Source: a virus
Lineage: Duplodnaviria > Caudoviricetes
Length of the DNA stretch: 59,405 bases
Virus record (IMG/VR): IMGVR_UViG_3300027881_000014
Location: 1 to 59,405 of that record
Strand: one strand, 5' to 3'
A program made the translations under genes and the position numbers. Below, piece by piece: positions 58,829 to 59,405 of the stretch (its first letter is position 1; the number at the start of each line of letters is the position of its first letter). The notes under the pieces were generated by a model, which saw only the letters and a program-made list of their open reading frames with translations, was not told where the DNA came from and did not search any database.

Positions 58829-59403
58829 TATTCTACAGCCTCAATTCCTTTTTCTGTATTAATTTCCTCAATAGTGATTGTCTTATTAATTCTCTCCCAG
58901 ACACCTTCCTTAATACGAAACCGATAAAGATCTTCTGAGGAGGTCGGCTTATAATAGATTTCATGTTTATACCTATTGTAATATATACGTCCTGTAGTAT
59001 AGTTTGCTATAACTATATCATCAATGGGTACAGAAACAGATTCTGATTTGTATCCATTAGTCATATAAATACCATGTTGTGAATGAACACAAACTCCACC
59101 TTGTATATTAGCTACATCATTCTTATCTTTAACACCTAGCTCAACTGTATCCTCAAACCTAAAGCCTATGATACCTGCTACTTCTTCAGCATGTATGACA
59201 TATGATGTATTATCTGTAAACGCCATTAGTCTACCATCGGCATTGGCAACTGCTGTTAAGCCAGTCACACCTGTTACAGGCAAACGGTTGTCATCATATA
59301 TAAGATCAGGCATGAGGTTACCACCTCCAAAAGTGCTATGATAAATAGCAACTTCATCTTTAGATGAGATGCCTATACTTATCCCACTCTCTGTTACAAA
59401 ATC
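58828..59403 (-). CDS. C-terminal part of the tail nozzle protein (continuation of 1-1764)
   Basis: Frame is open to the window end (DFVTESGISIGISSKDEVAIYHSTFGGGNLMPDL...); beta-propeller-like pattern. Confidence 0.7.
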   Translation of the reverse strand, partial: DFVTESGISIGISSKDEVAIYHSTFGGGNLMPDLIYDDNRLPVTGVTGLTAVANADGRLMAFTDNTSYVIHAEEVAGIIGFRFEDTVELGVKDKNDVANIQGGVCVHSQHGIYMTNGYKSESVSVPIDDIVIANYTTGRIYYNRYKHEIYYKPTSSEDLYRFRIKEGVWERINKTITIEEINTEKGIEAVE

Positions 59404-59405
59404 TT
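59353..59405. repeat. Imperfect 53-nt terminal repeat of bases 1-53, synonymously recoded
   Basis: 36/53 nt identical by manual alignment, yet 16/17 full codons give the same amino acid. Confidence 0.85.

Noticed and set aside
1-59405. CRISPR array, DGR/retron, integrase or IS element
   Set aside because: No regularly spaced repeats, reverse transcriptase motifs, recombinase or transposase recognised by eye; very divergent members cannot be excluded without profile searches.

Overview
This window looks like an essentially complete, circularly permuted genome of a ~59.35 kb lytic podovirus-type dsDNA phage. The host is probably from the FCB superphylum outside Bacteroidia (Ignavibacteria/Calditrichota/KSB1-like; inference). 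The minus strand carries a replication/recombination block (DnaB helicase, SSB-like, Rad52-like, Gp157-like, M28 peptidase fusion). It also carries a long late block that wraps round the window ends: portal, scaffold, major capsid, tail rings, nozzle, ejection proteins, a 4349-aa crAss-type virion RNA polymerase (DFDID plus zincin HExxH), lysis genes and TerL. The plus strand (26.2-38.4 kb) holds small early/middle genes, a metallophosphoesterase, a TerS-like protein, RuvC and a GNAT. I recognised no DNA polymerase, primase, integrase, reverse transcriptase or CRISPR array. The most unusual observations are: (1) five consecutive tail-module genes that all encode Sec signal peptides cleaved before Gln and are rich in FCB O-glycosylation sequons, suggesting exported, host-glycosylated virion appendages; (2) a tRNA-shaped RNA with a 126-nt structured D-loop and a UAG anticodon; (3) a ~630-nt ornate ncRNA candidate with a kissing loop; (4) a hairpin RNA displaying tandem anti-RBS sequences; (5) window ends that overlap by 53 nt encoding the same peptide with heavily recoded codons. 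All calls were made by eye from motifs; no searches were run.
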